DNA of 64,000 nt from Candidatus Bathyarchaeota archaeon (GCA_016783455.1 JADHWN010000007.1:10710-74709), one strand, 5' to 3'; shown: positions 1 to 9,302, counted from the stretch's first letter. The notes: generated by a model not told the origin, from the letters alone. A program made the numbers and translations.

Positions 1-440
1 TGGCGCTGGGGATCTCGGCGGGGATAGGCGCGGCCATCGGCGAGGTCACCACATACCTCCTGGGCTGGGGGGTCGCCGAGTCCATGAGGGACCAGGAGGG
101 GGAGGACAACCGCCTCGCCAGATGGATCAGGCAGTACGGCCTCTGGGCGGTGCTCCTCGTCGCCATAACTCCCCTCCCGGACACCCCCATCATCCTCCTG
201 GCGGGCTCCAACAAACTCCCCTTCGTGAAGCTCTTCATAGTCGAATGTATCGGCAAGACGACCCTCTACACCATCGGCGCCGTCGTCGGGGGCATAGTAT
301 TCATGGGCCTCACCGGGGCGGTGGGGGGATGGATGGCCTCACTGCTAATGGTCGTGGGCTCCCTGGCCTTCTGCGTCCTCGTCACCTGGAAGAGGAGCAG
401 GGACGTCCTCTTCGGCTGGTTCGAGCGCCTCTTCAGCTAG
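1..440 (+). CDS. DedA/VTT-type (YqaA-like) integral membrane protein, 5' end outside window
   Basis: Frame of track ORF 84..440 stays open back to nt 3 (ALGISAGIGAAIGEVTTYLLGW...). Hydrophobic helices and an 'ITPLPDTPIILLAGS' VTT-like segment. Confidence 0.6.
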   Translation, partial: ALGISAGIGAAIGEVTTYLLGWGVAESMRDQEGEDNRLARWIRQYGLWAVLLVAITPLPDTPIILLAGSNKLPFVKLFIVECIGKTTLYTIGAVVGGIVFMGLTGAVGGWMASLLMVVGSLAFCVLVTWKRSRDVLFGWFERLFS

Positions 441-2149
441 CCTCTCAGCCTCAGGAGCTCGTCCGCTGACATTGTGTTCGCCACGTCCCCCGCCTCCAGC
501 CAGCCCCGCCGTGCAACCGAGACCCCCAGCGCGATGAAGTCCAGGTGGCCCGGGGCGTGGGCGTCGGTCCCGATGGAGACCTTCACCCCCTGCTCCATTG
601 CGGCCCTGGAGTTGACGTCGTCCAGATCCAGGCGGTCCGGGAAGGCGTTTATCTCCATCATCACCCCCTGGGAGGCCGCCGCCTCGAAGACCTCCTCGGT
701 GTTTACCGCGTAGGGCATACGCCTCTGGATGAGCCTCCCCGTCAGGTGGCCTATCGTTGACACGTACTCGTTGTGGATGGCGGAGACGATCCTCTCCGTC
801 ATCTCCCCCTCGGTAGCCCTGAAGCCTGAGTGTACGCTCGCCACGACCCAATCCAGGTCCCGGAGCACAGAATCGGGGAGATCCAGGCTTCCGTCGGCCT
901 TTATATCGCACTCCACGCCCCTCAGGACCCTGAAACCCTCCGTGGACTCGTTAATTGCGTCGATCTCCGAGATCTGCGCCCTCAGACGCCCTTCGTCCAA
1001 GCCGTTGGCGATCCCCAGGGACTTTGTGTGGTCGCAGACGGTGATGTACTCCAGCCCCATTCCACGGGCTCTAGCGGCCATCTCCTCGACGGTGGCGTTC
1101 CCGTCGCTCCACTTCGTGTGGAGGTGGAGGTCGCCCCTTACGTCGCCCAGCTCCACGAGGGACGGCAGGCTCGCCCCCATGGCAGCCTCGATCTCCCCCC
1201 TGTTCTCCCTCAGCTCCGGGGGCATCAAGTCCATACCCAGGACCCGGTAGATCCCCTCCTCGTCCTCCCCGGCGACACGTCTATCCGTGTCCCTCTCGTA
1301 GAGGCCGTACTCGTTGAGCTTGTACCCGGCCTTGACGGCGATGGTCCTCAGCTTCACGTTGTGCTCCTTGGAGCCCGTGAAATACTGGAGGGCAGCGCCG
1401 TAGTCCCCCGGCTCCATCACCCTGATGTCCACCTGGAGGTTCCTCTCCAGAACCACCGTGCTCTTCGTCGACCCCTGGGCGAGCACCCTGATGACCGGGG
1501 GCATGGAGACGAAGCGCTCCACCACCTCCTCGGGCTCATTCGATGCCACCAGGACGTCGAGGTCGCCGACGGTCTCCTTCCTACGCCGTGCTGAGCCCGC
1601 GAACTCGATCTTGAGGACCGCCGGGGACTCTGACATGTAGGCCTTGATCTCGTCCATGACTGGGAGGACGGCGCCCAGGAGGAAGCGCCCCTGCATCATC
1701 CTGTGCTCCTCGATGCTCTTCTGGAGGTTCTCCTCGGTCTTGGGGCCGAAGCCCTTCAACCCCCTTATCCTCTGCCCCTTGATGGCCTCCTCCAGGTCGT
1801 CTATCGAGGTTATCCCCAGCTCCCTGTTGAGGGTCATCGCCCTCTTGGGGCCGACGCCCTCAAGCGCCATGAGCTCGCGCACCCCCTGGGGCAGTGACTC
1901 CCGCAGCTCCTCGAGGACGACGCTGGTCCCCGACTCCAGGACCTCCACGATGATCGCGGCTATGCTCTTCCCGACGCCGGGGATCTCCTCAAGCTCACCC
2001 CTCCCGTGGACGTTCCTGACGTCGTCTGTGAGGGCTGTGATCCTCTGGGCGGCCATGTTGAACGCGCGGCTGCGGAATCTGTCCTCCTTGATGGTGAGTA
2101 TCTCCCCTATCTCGTAGAGGACCTCTGCGACCCTGGCGTTGGCGCTCAT
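437..2149 (-). CDS. polX: Family X DNA polymerase with C-terminal PHP domain
   Basis: 570 aa. Repeated HhH motifs (GVGKSIA, GVGPKRA, GFGPKTE), a 'GDLDVLV' nucleotidyltransferase motif and a '[11 protein letters not shown]' PHP motif. Confidence 0.9.
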   Translation of the reverse strand: MSANARVAEVLYEIGEILTIKEDRFRSRAFNMAAQRITALTDDVRNVHGRGELEEIPGVGKSIAAIIVEVLESGTSVVLEELRESLPQGVRELMALEGVGPKRAMTLNRELGITSIDDLEEAIKGQRIRGLKGFGPKTEENLQKSIEEHRMMQGRFLLGAVLPVMDEIKAYMSESPAVLKIEFAGSARRRKETVGDLDVLVASNEPEEVVERFVSMPPVIRVLAQGSTKSTVVLERNLQVDIRVMEPGDYGAALQYFTGSKEHNVKLRTIAVKAGYKLNEYGLYERDTDRRVAGEDEEGIYRVLGMDLMPPELRENRGEIEAAMGASLPSLVELGDVRGDLHLHTKWSDGNATVEEMAARARGMGLEYITVCDHTKSLGIANGLDEGRLRAQISEIDAINESTEGFRVLRGVECDIKADGSLDLPDSVLRDLDWVVASVHSGFRATEGEMTERIVSAIHNEYVSTIGHLTGRLIQRRMPYAVNTEEVFEAAASQGVMMEINAFPDRLDLDDVNSRAAMEQGVKVSIGTDAHAPGHLDFIALGVSVARRGWLEAGDVANTMSADELLRLRG

Positions 2150-2224
2150 CTCCCTCAGATTGGGATACGCTCCGCTAAAATTAAGCTTGGGATGGATGGA
2201 GGGGGCTCACGGAGAAGGTGTCAT

Positions 2225-2247
2225 AAAAAAGTCGGAATAACTCCGAC
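2225..2247 (-). terminator. Hairpin plus T6 downstream of small ORF 2253..2507
   Basis: Minus strand reads GTCGGAgttatTCCGAC followed by TTTTTT. Confidence 0.45.
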
Positions 2248-2252
2248 CTGGT

Positions 2253-2507
2253 TCAATCCGCCTCGACGGGCACCATAGGCTCTATGTCCAGAAGCTCCCT
2301 AGTGCTGAGGTCGTCCCTCAGCCCCATTCTCTCATCGGCTGGGCCGAACATGCACCTCTTGTCATCCTCGACCTTGTTGCAGTAGGCCACTGCTCCCTCC
2401 GGCAAGGGCACGAAGTTAAAGTCCGGGCAGTCTACGCAGACGCTTGGTATGTACCAGTCCTGTGAATGTATGAACAAGGGCTTCCTGAGCGGTTCCTCCA
2501 TCATCAA
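2253..2507 (-). CDS. Small Cys-containing hypothetical protein
   Basis: 84-aa ORF with host-like codon bias and a terminator-like hairpin downstream. No family recognised. Confidence 0.4.
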   Translation of the reverse strand: MMMEEPLRKPLFIHSQDWYIPSVCVDCPDFNFVPLPEGAVAYCNKVEDDKRCMFGPADERMGLRDDLSTRELLDIEPMVPVEAD

Positions 2508-2650
2508 CCATCCCCCAAAAACGTCAGATTATATCCTTTTTCTTTACCCTTAATAATTGGGTTATGGAGGCCTGTGAAGGAATAAGCCACTGAAACAGAG
2601 CTATCTCTGCTAGATATCTATTTTTAATCCATCTTTTCGGGCCATGCGCC

Positions 2651-2675
2651 CCGGAAAAGCCTCGAAAAACGAGGC
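2651..2675 (-). terminator. Hairpin plus T-run downstream of the EamA gene
   Basis: Minus strand reads GCCTCGtttttCGAGGC followed by TTTTCC, 4 nt after the stop codon. Confidence 0.45.
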
Positions 2676-2679
2676 TATC

Positions 2680-3561
2680 CTATGTCGAGGGAGTGTTCCT
2701 CATGCATATGTAAATACCCACGAGGGTGACCGTCCCCCCTATCAGCGTGAGGCTCGACGGGGCCTCGTTAAGGAAAACGTAAGCGAGGATGGTGGCCCCC
2801 ACCGGCTCCCCTAGGAGGCTGATGGAGACGAGGGATGCCTCCAGGTACCTGAGGGTCCAGTTGTAGACTGTGTGGCCGAAGATCATGGGGACGACGGCTA
2901 TGGCCAGGAAGAGGGCGTACTCCCTCATGGGGAAGGGTCCCATGGGGGTTCCTGAGACGAGTCCACCGACAATCAGCGCAACCGCCGAGACGGCGTACAC
3001 CGGAGTCACGTACGTGACTAGGTCCAGCCTCTGCCTCAGCCTGCGGCCCGCGAGGATGTAGAGCCCCAGCATGATGGCCCCAACGATGGCGAGGAGGTCG
3101 CCGTAGAGGCTTGCCTGCCCGGTCCCCGCGTCCCCGTAGGCTATCAGCGCGGCCCCCGCGAAGGCGACAGCTATGCCCGCCAGGGTTCCCCTGTTGATCC
3201 TCTCCCCGAGGAAGAAGTGGGAGACGGCTGCCACGAAGATGGGGTCGATGTGGACGAAGATTACCGAGCTTGCGACCGAGGTGAGGCCAAGGCTCGTTAT
3301 CCAGGATGCGAAGTGGAGGGCTAGGACGACCCCCACGCCTGCGAGCGTTGCCAGCTCCCCCTGGTTCAGTTTGCGCAGCTTGGCGATCCCCCCTGTCCAC
3401 ACGAAGTACGGGAGGAGGATGAGGGTCGAGAAGGTGAGGCGGTAGGCTGCGATGGCGAGGGGCCCCGAGTTGCTCATCCGGATCAGGACCGAGGCCGTGG
3501 AGACGGCTACGATGCTGACGGCGAGTGCGAGCCTCGGCGGGAAACTGGGCCTCTCGCTCAT
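2680..3561 (-). CDS. EamA/DMT-family transporter
   Basis: 293 aa, about 10 hydrophobic helices, two-EamA-repeat architecture. Confidence 0.8.
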   Translation of the reverse strand: MSERPSFPPRLALAVSIVAVSTASVLIRMSNSGPLAIAAYRLTFSTLILLPYFVWTGGIAKLRKLNQGELATLAGVGVVLALHFASWITSLGLTSVASSVIFVHIDPIFVAAVSHFFLGERINRGTLAGIAVAFAGAALIAYGDAGTGQASLYGDLLAIVGAIMLGLYILAGRRLRQRLDLVTYVTPVYAVSAVALIVGGLVSGTPMGPFPMREYALFLAIAVVPMIFGHTVYNWTLRYLEASLVSISLLGEPVGATILAYVFLNEAPSSLTLIGGTVTLVGIYICMRNTPST

Positions 3562-3659
3562 CGGAATCAGGATTGATTTGGGGTGGAAGTATAAAACTTG
3601 GGCCTCCCGCCAGGGAAAACGATAAACAGTCCGTTAGGTCCATTCATCCCTGAGCCGAT

Positions 3660-4016
3660 ATGACGATATACGAGGTTGAGACCTGGAAGGTAAAGCCCGG
3701 CAAGGAGAAGGTCCACGAGGAGGCCCTGAGGAACTGGCTCAAGTGGGTCAGCGAGCACAGGGAGCTCTTCCCGGAGTGGAAGAGCCTCAGGTACATGGTG
3801 AAGTACATCGCGGGGGAGGAGACGGAGCGCCACATGATGCTCTGGGAGTACGACAGCCTAGCTGCCTTCGAGGAGTACAAGGCGAGGAGGAAGGACTACA
3901 CGGGGGCCTACGCGGAGTACAAGAAGGTGGACCCCTACTACATGGACGTCTTCGAGCACACCACCATGAACGTGGAGGTCTGGAAGCCCCTGGACCTGGA
4001 GTTCTGGATAGAGTAG
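3660..4016 (+). CDS. Hypothetical protein (possibly a dimeric alpha/beta-barrel, NIPSNAP/ABM-like)
   Basis: 118-aa ORF with good codon bias. Family assignment is only by general resemblance. Confidence 0.45.
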   Translation: MTIYEVETWKVKPGKEKVHEEALRNWLKWVSEHRELFPEWKSLRYMVKYIAGEETERHMMLWEYDSLAAFEEYKARRKDYTGAYAEYKKVDPYYMDVFEHTTMNVEVWKPLDLEFWIE

Positions 4017-4082
4017 CCCTCCCTCCCTTTAGGCTGCTAAAGTCTCCTTATATCATGAATGGAGTGAGAAAAAGGACCGAAT

Positions 4083-5750
4083 TTACTCCTCGGACCTGAG
4101 TGCCTTGAAGATGTAGTTGATGTCCATCTCCAGAGCCGCCACGGGCATCTCCAACTCCCATCCGACGAGGACCTCGGGTCTGACCTCTCCTACCCAGCAC
4201 ATAGGCACTCCCTCATGCATTGCCGTGAACCGCCTCCCCTCTATGAAGCAGTCCCAGCCCCCCTCATTGATCTCCGCCGATATGTCGAGGTTATCAAGCA
4301 CGGCGTTGAGGACCGCCTTGGTCTCCGAGAAGTTGGCCTTCGCGTGGCACAATACGACCGCGAGGCGCCTTGAGGCCCTCGCCCCTGTCTCCGTCTCGGG
4401 GTCCAGTAGTATGACGTCGTTTATCTCGTAGAGGTTCTGGGGGTGAGGATGGTGCTTGTTGTTGGTGAGCACCTCAATGAGGCTTGGGATGAGACGGTTC
4501 CTCAGGGAGTCGTAGGCATCCATCTTGGGGTTCGACGTCTCCGCTATGGGCTCCTCGGGGATGCACATCCGGGTGAAGAGCTTCTCCCTGTTGGACATCA
4601 TGAACGTCAGGACCTCCTGGAGGCCGAAGCCCACCATGAAGTTCCTTAATCCCCTGCTGAAGACCTCCAGGGGGTCCTCCCCCGCCTGTGAGGCGATGTC
4701 AGGTATCACCGGGACGACGTTGTCGTACCCGTAGGCGATGGCGACGTCCTCGACGAGGTCCATGGGGTGCATCACGTCGGTCCGGTAGCGTGGGACATTG
4801 ACCTTGAGCGTGTCACCCGCGACCGCTCCGTGGCCCATCATCTCCAGGTACTTGGCTGACTCCTCGGGCGACAGGTCAATGCCCAGGGTCCTGATAACGT
4901 ACTCGTTCTCCACTGTCATCTCCCGGGGCTCCAGGTACGGGGTCACGATGGGCTCTCCATCATGGTACTCGTTCCTGACTGAGTAGATCTCGGCGCCCCT
5001 GTCGGCGAAGGTCGTTGTGATGATGTTGAGGGTCTCCGTGATGGCCTTCAAGTCGGTCCCCGTGATGTCGATGAATATGTCCGTGGTAGCCTCGTCGATG
5101 CGGGTGTACTCGCCGTTGATTATGGGGGGCATGCTGAGGACCATCCCCTTCGCGTCGACGATCATGGGGTACTCCTCGAAGCCCTCGACGGTCCAGGCGT
5201 ACTCCCTGCCCGTGTGCATCTCGGTGAGTATCTGGGTGAGGTCCTTCTCGAAGCGCTCCCCCAGGGGCCTGAACTTGAACTCCGGGGGCTTGGTCGTGTA
5301 CGTTATGGGGAACTCGATGGGCTCCAGGTTGTGGAGGCCGATGGCGACCTTCCGGCGCCTCCTGCCGTGGGTGACGTGGAGCTTTTCCTGCATCTGGATG
5401 ATGCTCCTGATCAGGGCGTCGTCGAAGTCGATATTCTTCACAATAGCCGTGACGAAGTAGGGTCGAACCTTCTCGACCTTCTTGTCGATGATGGCGGTCA
5501 CCCCTGACTCCTTGACGTCGTAATACCTGAATCCTGTCCTGTGTCCCATGAACGAGTCGTATGCTCTGGCGAGGCCTTCTATTGAGAGCATGTCTGGGCG
5601 GTTGGGGAATATCTGCAGCTGGAGGCTGTCTTCCGTGTTTCCCTCCCACTCTATTCCGAGCATGGGCATCCTGTCGCTTAGCTCCTCTATCGTTGCGTCT
5701 CTGCCCAGGAGCTTCCTCAAGTCCTCGATGTTTACCTCAATGACTGGCAT
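4083..5750 (-). CDS. pheT: Phenylalanine--tRNA ligase beta subunit (archaeal type)
   Basis: 555 aa; N-terminus 'MPVIEVNIEDLRKLLG', B3/4 and B5 regions; directly downstream of pheS. Confidence 0.93.
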   Translation of the reverse strand: MPVIEVNIEDLRKLLGRDATIEELSDRMPMLGIEWEGNTEDSLQLQIFPNRPDMLSIEGLARAYDSFMGHRTGFRYYDVKESGVTAIIDKKVEKVRPYFVTAIVKNIDFDDALIRSIIQMQEKLHVTHGRRRRKVAIGLHNLEPIEFPITYTTKPPEFKFRPLGERFEKDLTQILTEMHTGREYAWTVEGFEEYPMIVDAKGMVLSMPPIINGEYTRIDEATTDIFIDITGTDLKAITETLNIITTTFADRGAEIYSVRNEYHDGEPIVTPYLEPREMTVENEYVIRTLGIDLSPEESAKYLEMMGHGAVAGDTLKVNVPRYRTDVMHPMDLVEDVAIAYGYDNVVPVIPDIASQAGEDPLEVFSRGLRNFMVGFGLQEVLTFMMSNREKLFTRMCIPEEPIAETSNPKMDAYDSLRNRLIPSLIEVLTNNKHHPHPQNLYEINDVILLDPETETGARASRRLAVVLCHAKANFSETKAVLNAVLDNLDISAEINEGGWDCFIEGRRFTAMHEGVPMCWVGEVRPEVLVGWELEMPVAALEMDINYIFKALRSEE

Positions 5751-5756
5751 CGTTCA

Positions 5757-7271
5757 TCACTCCATCCAGAGCTTGGCCTTCCTTAGCAGGCCGAGGTCGT
5801 TTCCGTAGAGCTCCCCTATGCGCTCGATCCTGTAGCTCTCCATCACTAGCCGTTCGAAGCCGGGGCCCCATGCTAGGACTGGGACATCCTTCCCCAGGAG
5901 GGGCTTGACGACCTCGGGGCGGAACATTCCTGCTCCGAAGAGCTCCATCCACGCCCCTCTGCTCTCGATCCAGACCTCCGCCTCCATGCTCATCTCGGTG
6001 TAGGGGAAATAGGCTGGGCGGAACCTGAACCTCTTGATGCCGAGGCCCTCCAGGTAGGCCTTGAGGTATCCCTGCATGTTGGTGAATGTGACCCCCTCGC
6101 CGACGACGATGCCATCCGTCTGGTAGAACTCGGCTAGGTGGTTCCAGTCGATGGTCTCGTTCCTGAAGACCCTGCCGACGCTGAAGAACTTGGCGGGGAG
6201 GTCGTCCTCGGTGAGCTTGGCGATGGCGTTCACGGAGAGGCTTGTCGTGTGGGTCCTGAGGCAGTTCCTGGCGGCCATCGCCGGATCCCACTTGTACTGC
6301 CATCCGGTGGATCCGGTGGTCCAGCCGTTCTCGTGGGTCTCCTTCACCCTCTGGACCATCTCAGGGTCGGGGAGGTGGCCGCTCTCCGGGGTCTTCAGGT
6401 AGAAGGTGTCCGCTAGGTCCCTGGCTGGGTGGTCCTGGGGCTGGAAGAGGGCGTCGAAGTTCCAGAAGTTGAGCTCCAGGTACTCCCCGGTCATCTCCTT
6501 GAAGCCTAGCTCCACCCAGAAGCGGCGGATGTAGTCAATGACCTGGCTGACGAAGTGGCGCTTCCCGGGTCTAGTACTCGGAACTGAAAGAGTTACATCG
6601 TATCTTTGGAACACCGATCCTTTCCAACTTTCATTCTTAAGGATTTCTGGAGTAAGCTGTGTTATGATCTTAGAATGATCGACATTTTGTAAATATCGCA
6701 ACACAGAATGTCCGAAATTCGTTAGCATTGCTTGATTCTCGTAATAATTATTTTCTTCAATTAAGTTTCTAGATTTAAGAAAAATCAGATCATTATTTTT
6801 AATGATGTCTCTTGGAACTTCTGCATAGTTATTTTCAATTATAATCGATCTGTATTCATCAAAATAATTTATATTTTTTGAGGCATTTATTCCCTTATTA
6901 TTTATTAATATCTTATCATTCCTAATGGTTGCCCATTTATTTTTCATAATCCAAGAGATGGCTATATTAAAATTACGATATGTATTTTTCAATATACCTA
7001 CATTATTTTGATTATTTTCTATTATGTACTTTATTAAATTTATTTCAGGGAAGCCGTTTTGTAGATAGTCTATCCCTTCTTCTGTTAGCTTAATTTTTTC
7101 ATTGATTAATTGTGTTAATTTTATTACGCCTTTTGCTTCTGCCCACAAGCATGCTTTTTCTACTACATCCTTTTTAAGTTCTAATAGTTGACTAAGTTCA
7201 GTAGTTGTTGCAGGTTTATCTACCAATGATTCAACAACTAACCTTTCATAATAATGTAAACTAGCAGCCAT
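5757..7271 (-). CDS. pheS: Phenylalanine--tRNA ligase alpha subunit; the 5' third has very low G+C
   Basis: Class II core motifs (FQPQDHPARD, GRVFRNE, GAGMFRPEV). ATG at 7271 (MAASLHYYE); the track ORF starts at a TTG at 7286. Confidence 0.9.
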   Translation of the reverse strand: MAASLHYYERLVVESLVDKPATTTELSQLLELKKDVVEKACLWAEAKGVIKLTQLINEKIKLTEEGIDYLQNGFPEINLIKYIIENNQNNVGILKNTYRNFNIAISWIMKNKWATIRNDKILINNKGINASKNINYFDEYRSIIIENNYAEVPRDIIKNNDLIFLKSRNLIEENNYYENQAMLTNFGHSVLRYLQNVDHSKIITQLTPEILKNESWKGSVFQRYDVTLSVPSTRPGKRHFVSQVIDYIRRFWVELGFKEMTGEYLELNFWNFDALFQPQDHPARDLADTFYLKTPESGHLPDPEMVQRVKETHENGWTTGSTGWQYKWDPAMAARNCLRTHTTSLSVNAIAKLTEDDLPAKFFSVGRVFRNETIDWNHLAEFYQTDGIVVGEGVTFTNMQGYLKAYLEGLGIKRFRFRPAYFPYTEMSMEAEVWIESRGAWMELFGAGMFRPEVVKPLLGKDVPVLAWGPGFERLVMESYRIERIGELYGNDLGLLRKAKLWME

Positions 7272-7295
7272 TCTTTCAGGGAGCAAACCCTCACC

Positions 7296-7356
7296 AACCT
7301 ACCAATACAGGCTTGTGGCTCGTCTTAAAAATCATACTGGATGAATTTGGCGGGCC
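7296..7356. repeat. Direct repeat copy R1 (61 nt), contains the pheS promoter-like region
   Basis: 50 of 61 positions identical to 8334..8394 by hand alignment. Confidence 0.75.
7324..7332 (-). promoter_or_regulatory. TATA-like box (ATTTTTAAG) upstream of pheS
   Basis: About 53 nt upstream of the ATG at 7271. A GGTGAG Shine-Dalgarno-like element lies between them. Confidence 0.4.
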
Positions 7357-7365
7357 AAGGGCTCA

Positions 7366-7373
7366 CGCGCGCG
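7366..7373. repeat. (CG)4 tract
   Basis: CGCGCGCG in an AT-rich spacer, abutting the hairpin 7374..7403. Confidence 0.9.
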
Positions 7374-7403
7374 ATGGGAAGTAATTATTCCATAACTTCC
7401 CAT
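7374..7403 (-). terminator. Perfect 9-bp stem hairpin downstream of the aldolase gene
   Basis: ATGGGAAGT (7374-7382) pairs with ACTTCCCAT (7395-7403), 12-nt loop, 7 nt after the stop at 7410. Confidence 0.5.
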
Positions 7404-7409
7404 TTGGTC

Positions 7410-8087
7410 TTATCTTTTAATCGTCGCTAGACCGTTATTAATACCAGCGGTAGCCCATCTATTCCATGGCAGGGTAAAGAACTTAAATCCCCTCTCGACG
7501 AAGCCACTAGGGTCTTGACCTCCAGGGATGAAATACATTCCAGGGATAACTCCGGCATTATTGCAGGCGTCTACTATCTTATCCAGTGTTTCTTGATACT
7601 TGGGGTTATGATAATCCAACGTGATATCCAACGCGATTGAAAGGTCTGAAGGACCTACTAGGAGAACGTCAACCCCAGGAACTGAAAGGATCTCATCAAG
7701 ATTACTCAACGCCTTCATCGTTTCCACCATGGGAATAATCAGTAACTCCTCATTGACCGCAGACATCTGTTCACGGAAGTTCTCAAATTCTCCCCACTCA
7801 CCTCTCGGCCCAGCAGCGCTCCTGATCCCATCAGGCGGATATTTGCAGCAACGGACCATGTGAGAAGCTTCCTCTTTCGAGTTGACCATGGGCACTATAA
7901 TACCCCTGGCGCCGATATCGAGTGCGTAGCAGATTTGATCTTGGTCGTTCGCCCCTACTCGAACGATGGGGCTAGCTCTTTTCCCTTTCATGGCTCGGAT
8001 CTGATGCTGCAACTCCTTGATCCCCACAGGCGAGTGCTGAGTATCAAAGAGAATAAAATCAAATCCTGCATCAGCTAAAAACTCCAC
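7410..8087 (-). CDS. HpcH/HpaI-family 2-keto-3-deoxy-acid aldolase; 5' end apparently disrupted
   Basis: 'FLADAGFDFILFDTQHSP', 'IVRV', 'GIIVPMV' and 'ETMKAL' match the family. The frame stays open to 8156 with family-like residues (KKAGKTAIGTTASIKSP) but no start codon. The ATG at 8158-8160 is in another frame. Confidence 0.75.
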   Translation of the reverse strand: MEFLADAGFDFILFDTQHSPVGIKELQHQIRAMKGKRASPIVRVGANDQDQICYALDIGARGIIVPMVNSKEEASHMVRCCKYPPDGIRSAAGPRGEWGEFENFREQMSAVNEELLIIPMVETMKALSNLDEILSVPGVDVLLVGPSDLSIALDITLDYHNPKYQETLDKIVDACNNAGVIPGMYFIPGGQDPSGFVERGFKFFTLPWNRWATAGINNGLATIKR

Positions 8088-8290
8088 AGGGCTTTTTATA
8101 GAAGCAGTCGTTCCAATGGCGGTTTTACCCGCTTTTTTACATATCCTTAACGATGTTCATATTCAATAAACCTCAAAAGATTAGTTATCTTTCAATGTTT
8201 ATTACAGTTTGTCTTGCACACTATTTTCTCTTGAGGATAAAATCTTTGATTTTGTTTTTAAGTAAAGTTTTCTTGTTGAAATATTCGATT

Positions 8291-8298
8291 GCGCGCGC
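8291..8298. repeat. (GC)4 tract
   Basis: GCGCGCGC in the AT-rich spacer upstream of the aldolase gene. Confidence 0.9.
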
Positions 8299-8333
8299 TG
8301 TACTACAAGTAATAATTCTTGGTGGTTACAGCG

Positions 8334-8394
8334 AACCTACCATTAGAGGCAAGTGGCTCATCTTAAAAATAATACCGGATGAACATGTCGAGCC
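8334..8394. repeat. Direct repeat copy R2 (61 nt)
   Basis: Matches 7296..7356, including the CTTAAAAAT and GGATGAA blocks. Confidence 0.75.
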
Positions 8395-8427
8395 TGTATA
8401 TGGGGAGTAAAAAGAGGTTAGAGGTGT

Positions 8428-8817
8428 CTACTCCTTTACCCTGGGCTCCGAGACTATCTGGATGGTGTTGCCCTCTGAGTCTTTGATGTAGAAGTAGGTG
8501 ACTATCCCCGGGAGGTCAGTGTACTCCGTGGTCTCCACCCCCTTCCCCTCCAGGTAGGCCTTGGTCCCCTCGATGTCGTCCACCTCCATCATCATTCTCC
8601 CGAACTCAGGAGAGTGTTCCCCCTCACCGAGGTTGAGTCCGAGCCTGGGGGCTCCCCCGGGGAGCTGCATCTCGCACCAGCCCACCTCCGGGGGAGGTGC
8701 GAAGACCACGTCTAGGTTGAGTACGTCGGAGTAGAACCTCTTGGCCCGCTCCATGTCCTTGACGTTGATCTGGAAGTACATCGTGCTGACCTTCATCGGG
8801 TGTTCGCTCTTTGGCAT
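8428..8817 (-). CDS. Glyoxalase/VOC-family protein
   Basis: 'MYFQINVKDMERAKRFYSDVLNL' VOC N-terminus. Start is uncertain (8817 or 8796; the track ORF runs to 8874). Confidence 0.75.
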   Translation of the reverse strand: MPKSEHPMKVSTMYFQINVKDMERAKRFYSDVLNLDVVFAPPPEVGWCEMQLPGGAPRLGLNLGEGEHSPEFGRMMMEVDDIEGTKAYLEGKGVETTEYTDLPGIVTYFYIKDSEGNTIQIVSEPRVKE

Positions 8818-8916
8818 GGTTAACAAAGAAATTCGGAGGCTACAAAAGGGTTTTGACGGTTGATGAGTCCGCATATTGTTATATCCATTCAGCAGCTAGT
8901 ACGATGAGGTATCAAC

Positions 8917-9267
8917 ATGAAGATCGTGAAGCGTGAGGACGCCCCGACGCTGGAGACCGTGAAGGGGAGGAAGGGGGAGATCCTGATGGCCGGGGAGAAG
9001 TGCATGATGATGATCAACACCATCGAGCCCGGTGTGCCCACACCCCCCCACAGCCACCCCCACGAGCAGATCGGCTTCCTCATCGAGGGCAAGGGGATAC
9101 TCTACATCGACGGCGAGACCAGGGAGATGGAGGCCCAGGCATCGTTCTTGGTGCCAGGGGGCGCGGCCCACAATTTCGACGCCACCGGGGACAAGCCCGC
9201 CGTACTCATCGAGGCCTTCGCTCCCCCCAGGGAAGACTACCTGGAGCGGGTCAAGAGCGAGGGCTAG
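8917..9267 (+). CDS. Cupin-domain protein
   Basis: 116 aa, 'PPHSHPHEQIGFLIEG' cupin motif 1 and 'GAAHNF' motif 2. Confidence 0.8.
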   Translation: MKIVKREDAPTLETVKGRKGEILMAGEKCMMMINTIEPGVPTPPHSHPHEQIGFLIEGKGILYIDGETREMEAQASFLVPGGAAHNFDATGDKPAVLIEAFAPPREDYLERVKSEG

Positions 9268-9302
9268 CGTCCCAGGGAACGCTTAGATCCCCCTTTCTCT
9301 GA

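Noticed and set aside
437-440. Convergent genes share overlapping stop codons through the palindrome CTAG.
   Set aside because: This is a trivial consequence of TAG/CTA complementarity. It is common in compact genomes and gives no functional signal.
345-1594. Long antisense or alternative-frame ORFs from the track (345..911, 729..1250, 830..1594). The same type occurs elsewhere, e.g. 19281..19985, 26874..27683, 29957..30715, 34243..35115, 46830..48296 (488 aa) and 52204..52725.
   Set aside because: They overlap ORFs with clear family motifs (PolX, amidohydrolase, MFS, DUF4438-like, AMP phosphorylase, LeuA). They have Arg/Pro/Gly-rich low-complexity translations typical of shadow ORFs in high-GC DNA.
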